The position numbers and the translations under genes are program-made. From NCBI GenBank assembly GCA_963782055.1, contig CAWAIF010000003.1:4640001-4704000 (forward strand): 64,000 bases of DNA, given 5' to 3'. Positions 60,887-64,000 of this stretch are shown one piece after another (position 1 is the stretch's first letter; every line of letters begins with the position of its first letter). Source of the stretch: an uncultured delta proteobacterium (GTDB lineage: Bacteria; Myxococcota_A; Polyangia; Polyangiales; Polyangiaceae). The notes beneath the pieces are model-generated. The model ran no database searches. It was not told the origin of the DNA and was given only the letters and a program-made list of their open reading frames with translations.

Positions 60887-63175
60887 ATGACCCGATCGCT
60901 TCTCCGACTCCTGGTGATCTCTCTCCTCCTCGTGGCGGCGGTGGTCGCGGCCGGCTGCGGCAGCGACGACACCGGTCCGGCGACGTTCCCCAACAGCCCG
61001 GACTCCGGAGGCCTGCCGGGTGACGGCCTGGACGCCAGCTTCAACGGCAAGGACGGCGGCCCGCTCCAGTCGATCCAGATCCAGCCGCAGGACCCCGTGG
61101 TGGACGTCACCATCGCCGACGGCGTGGTCACCACCACGCCGCTCACCTTCACCGCGACGGGCAACAACGGCGCGTCGATCGCCGCCAGCTTCGGCCTGGA
61201 CCGCGGCGAGCTGGGCGATCTGATCGCCTCCACCGGCGTCTTCACCGCCAGCGGCAACCTGGGCGGCACCGGCACCGTCACCGCCACCTACCAGGGCCTC
61301 GAGGCGCAGACCTCGCTCACCGTCCACATCGTCATGACGCAGAACGGTCCGCCGGACGGCGGCGTGGTGGACGGCGGCGCGGGCGGCTACGGCGGCGTCG
61401 GCGGCAGCGGGCCGGGCAACGCGGTGGACTCGCAGACCAAGCAGCGGCTGATGGGTCCCTCGCAGAAGCCGCAGAGCGCGCAGGAGCTGGGCTTCCTCTA
61501 CCCGTACGACAAGACGGTGTGGCCGCGCGGCGTGCTCGCCCCGCTGCTGCAGTGGCAGACGACGCACACGATCGCGTACGTGCGCATCCACCTGGAGCAG
61601 AAGAACTTCAGCTTCGACGGCTTCTACGGCGGCAGCGCGCTGGTCAACCAGCCCATCGACCCCAACGCCTGGAAGAAGGCGCTCTACGGCAACGGCGGGG
61701 ACGCGCTCCACGCCGACCTGTACGTCGCCGACCAGAACACGGTGTGGGGCCCCATCTCGGAGGACTGGCCCGTCGCCGCGGGCACCCTCAAGGGCACCGT
61801 CTACTACAACTCGTACAACTCCGGCCTCAACGCCAACGGGGCGACCACCGGCGCGGTGCTGGCGATCAAGCCGGGCGCGACGGCGCCGACGCTCGCGATC
61901 CCCTCGCTCAAGGGCAAGTGCCACGTCTGCCACGAGGTGGCGAGCGACGGCTCCTCGCTCTACACGCAGATCTCCTCGTCGCTCGTCGACAACAGCCAGT
62001 ACTACGCGCCCAACGCCTCCTTCGACATGACGAACAACGCGCAGCAGATCGCGTCGTACACGGGCAACGCGCCGGACGGGACGAACAACGACCGCAAGTT
62101 CCTCTGGTCGGCGGTGTATCCCGACGGCACCTTCGCCCTGTCCAACTCGCGCCACGCCCGCGAGCACAACACGCTGGACTCCGACCTGTTCGCGCGCGCG
62201 GACGGCACGCGCATCGACTCCACGGGCCTCAACGGCGTCGTCTCCAGCGCGGTGACGCCCGCCTTCTCGCCCGACGGCAAGCGGGTGGCGTTCAACTTCT
62301 GGGAGGGCGCGGGCGGAGGCGGCGTCACCGCGGGCGCGGGCCACTCCCTGGCGGTCATGGACTTCGACTGCGGCCAGGGCAACGGCGTGACGTGCAGCGG
62401 GGCGCCCCCCTACGCCTTCGGCAACCTGAAGGAGCTGTACCGCGACAACACCCGCTGGCCGGCGTGGCCCAGCTTCACCCCCGACGGCGCGGCGCTCCTC
62501 TTCCACAACACCGTCACCAAGGGCACGTGCGGCGACTGCGAGATCGCCACCTGGTACGGCGCGCAGGCGGAGCTCTGGTACACCGACGTCCCCAAGAACG
62601 GCTCGCCGATGCCGGTGCGCATGAACGCGCTGGACGGCCTGGACGCCAGCAACCAGCGCTACCTCCCCCAGAACGGCGACCACCCGGACGACACCGTGCT
62701 CAACTACGAGCCGACGGTGAACCCCATCGCGTCCGGCGGGTACTACTGGGTCGTGTTCACTTCACGCCGGATGTACGGCAACGTCGCGGCAGGCAAGCCC
62801 TACGACAACGGGGACGGCACCTACCCCATCGCCAAGAAGCTCTGGGTGGCCGCGGTGGACATGAACCCCAAGCCCGGCGACGACCCCTCCCACCCGGCGT
62901 TCTACCTGCCCGGGCAGGAGCTGGACGCGGGCAACATGCGCGGCTTCTGGGTCGTCGACCCGTGCCAGCCCAACGGCACCGACTGCGAGACTGGCGACGA
63001 GTGCTGCAACGGCTTCTGCCGCAAGGCGGAGGACGGCGGCGGGCTGGTGTGCACCGACAAGCCGCCGGGGTGCGCGCAGGAGTTCGAGAAGTGCACGACC
63101 GACGCCGACTGCTGCGGGGCGAACTCGGGGATCGCGTGCATCGGCGGGCGGTGCTCGAAGAAGTCTCCGAATTGA
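60887..63175 (+). CDS. TolB-like (PD40) beta-propeller lipoprotein with CxxCH and Cys-rich tail, paralogue 2
   Basis: AAGC lipobox; co-linear with paralogue 1 over its full length. Confidence 0.8.
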   Translation: MTRSLLRLLVISLLLVAAVVAAGCGSDDTGPATFPNSPDSGGLPGDGLDASFNGKDGGPLQSIQIQPQDPVVDVTIADGVVTTTPLTFTATGNNGASIAASFGLDRGELGDLIASTGVFTASGNLGGTGTVTATYQGLEAQTSLTVHIVMTQNGPPDGGVVDGGAGGYGGVGGSGPGNAVDSQTKQRLMGPSQKPQSAQELGFLYPYDKTVWPRGVLAPLLQWQTTHTIAYVRIHLEQKNFSFDGFYGGSALVNQPIDPNAWKKALYGNGGDALHADLYVADQNTVWGPISEDWPVAAGTLKGTVYYNSYNSGLNANGATTGAVLAIKPGATAPTLAIPSLKGKCHVCHEVASDGSSLYTQISSSLVDNSQYYAPNASFDMTNNAQQIASYTGNAPDGTNNDRKFLWSAVYPDGTFALSNSRHAREHNTLDSDLFARADGTRIDSTGLNGVVSSAVTPAFSPDGKRVAFNFWEGAGGGGVTAGAGHSLAVMDFDCGQGNGVTCSGAPPYAFGNLKELYRDNTRWPAWPSFTPDGAALLFHNTVTKGTCGDCEIATWYGAQAELWYTDVPKNGSPMPVRMNALDGLDASNQRYLPQNGDHPDDTVLNYEPTVNPIASGGYYWVVFTSRRMYGNVAAGKPYDNGDGTYPIAKKLWVAAVDMNPKPGDDPSHPAFYLPGQELDAGNMRGFWVVDPCQPNGTDCETGDECCNGFCRKAEDGGGLVCTDKPPGCAQEFEKCTTDADCCGANSGIACIGGRCSKKSPN

Positions 63176-63191
63176 GAGGATGTGAGCTCCG

Positions 63192-64000
63192 CTACGCGTC
63201 GGGGGGCTGCGAGGGCTTGGCGGGGACGGCGTCGCCTGCCAGAAAGGCATCCACCGCCACCTCCTCGCCGACCAGCAACAGGGTGTCGCCGCGCGTGAGG
63301 ACCTCGGTGGGCTTCAGCGACTCCAGCCGGCGGTGCTTGCCGTGCGCGCCTCCGCGCCACACCCCGATGACGGTGATGCCGTAACTCCGCCGCAGGTCCG
63401 CCTCCGCCAGCGTCTTGCCCGCGAGCTCGCCATGCACGTCCCACGGCTCCACCCGGTAGCCGTGAGCGAAGCGGAGCAGGTCCACCACCACCGGCGCCTC
63501 CCGTGGCCCCTCGCCCTTGCTCACCTGCTTGCCCACCGCGCGCAGCAAGACGACCCCGACCACCGAGCACACCAGGGAGGCGCCGAGCACGCCGGTCTTG
63601 GCGGCGTCGTTGAGGGTGTCGCCGGTGAAGGCGAGGCTGCCGATGAAGATGGACATGGTGAACCCGACGCCCGCCATCACCGAGGCACCGAGGACCTGCG
63701 GCCAGGACGCGTGCGAGGGCCGCGGGGCGAGACCGAAGCGCACCGCGAGGTAGGTCGCGCCGAAGACGCCCACCGTCTTGCCCACGACGAGGCCGGTGAG
63801 CGCGCCCACGGCGACCCGCGCCTCCCCGTGGCCGAAGGTGAGGCCGCCCAGGCTCACCCCGGCGTTGGCCAGCGCGAAGAGCGGCACGATGCCGAAGGCG
63901 ACGAGGTGGTGCAGCGAATGCGTCAGGCGGTCGAGCGGCGACTGCACCGACTCGATGTGCTCCTCCAGCGAGGAGAGCGCGCCCGCGTCCACGTCCGCGC
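63192..64000 (-). CDS. nhaA: Na+/H+ antiporter NhaA with C-terminal TrkA-C/RCK_C-like domain (5' part outside window)
   Basis: PLFALANAGV, GKTVGVF, AGVGFTMSIFI; tail LAGKTLAEADLRRSYGITVIGV...GDTLLLVG. Confidence 0.85.
   Translation of the reverse strand, partial: ADVDAGALSSLEEHIESVQSPLDRLTHSLHHLVAFGIVPLFALANAGVSLGGLTFGHGEARVAVGALTGLVVGKTVGVFGATYLAVRFGLAPRPSHASWPQVLGASVMAGVGFTMSIFIGSLAFTGDTLNDAAKTGVLGASLVCSVVGVVLLRAVGKQVSKGEGPREAPVVVDLLRFAHGYRVEPWDVHGELAGKTLAEADLRRSYGITVIGVWRGGAHGKHRRLESLKPTEVLTRGDTLLLVGEEVAVDAFLAGDAVPAKPSQPPDA

Overview
Very GC-rich bacterial DNA, about 50 protein-coding genes. The content (many Cys-rich lipoproteins with DAG/DAS linkers, Ser/Thr kinases, FHA, TPR, FGE-sulfatase and RCC1 proteins) points to a myxobacterium, probably Polyangiales-like (inference). 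Housekeeping genes: panE-like, sahR-ahcY, serC, fmt, lhr, nhaA, an acyl-CoA ligase, a desaturase and SDR/MDR oxidoreductases. I found no rRNA, tRNA, CRISPR array or transposase. Most notable: (1) a minus-strand operon at 55.2-58.3 kb behind an ECF-type promoter, encoding a YceI-like lipoprotein, a lipoprotein precursor with repeated ASCGA motifs, a DUF692/MNIO enzyme and a DUF2063-like partner. This looks like a RiPP system that modifies a membrane-tethered lipoprotein. (2) A ~730 bp MarR cassette with a perfect 15-bp-arm palindrome and a sigma54-like promoter, present twice 23 kb apart with no transposase; one copy lies between two inverted paralogues that share an ECF-type promoter. (3) Structured ~115 bp direct repeats flanking an RCC1 gene, next to a ~135 nt branched hairpin with strand-specific G-U pairs. 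(4) A single-base frameshift in a giant TPR gene. Start codons were re-picked by eye where the ORF track over-extends. Family names come from motif recognition, not database searches.
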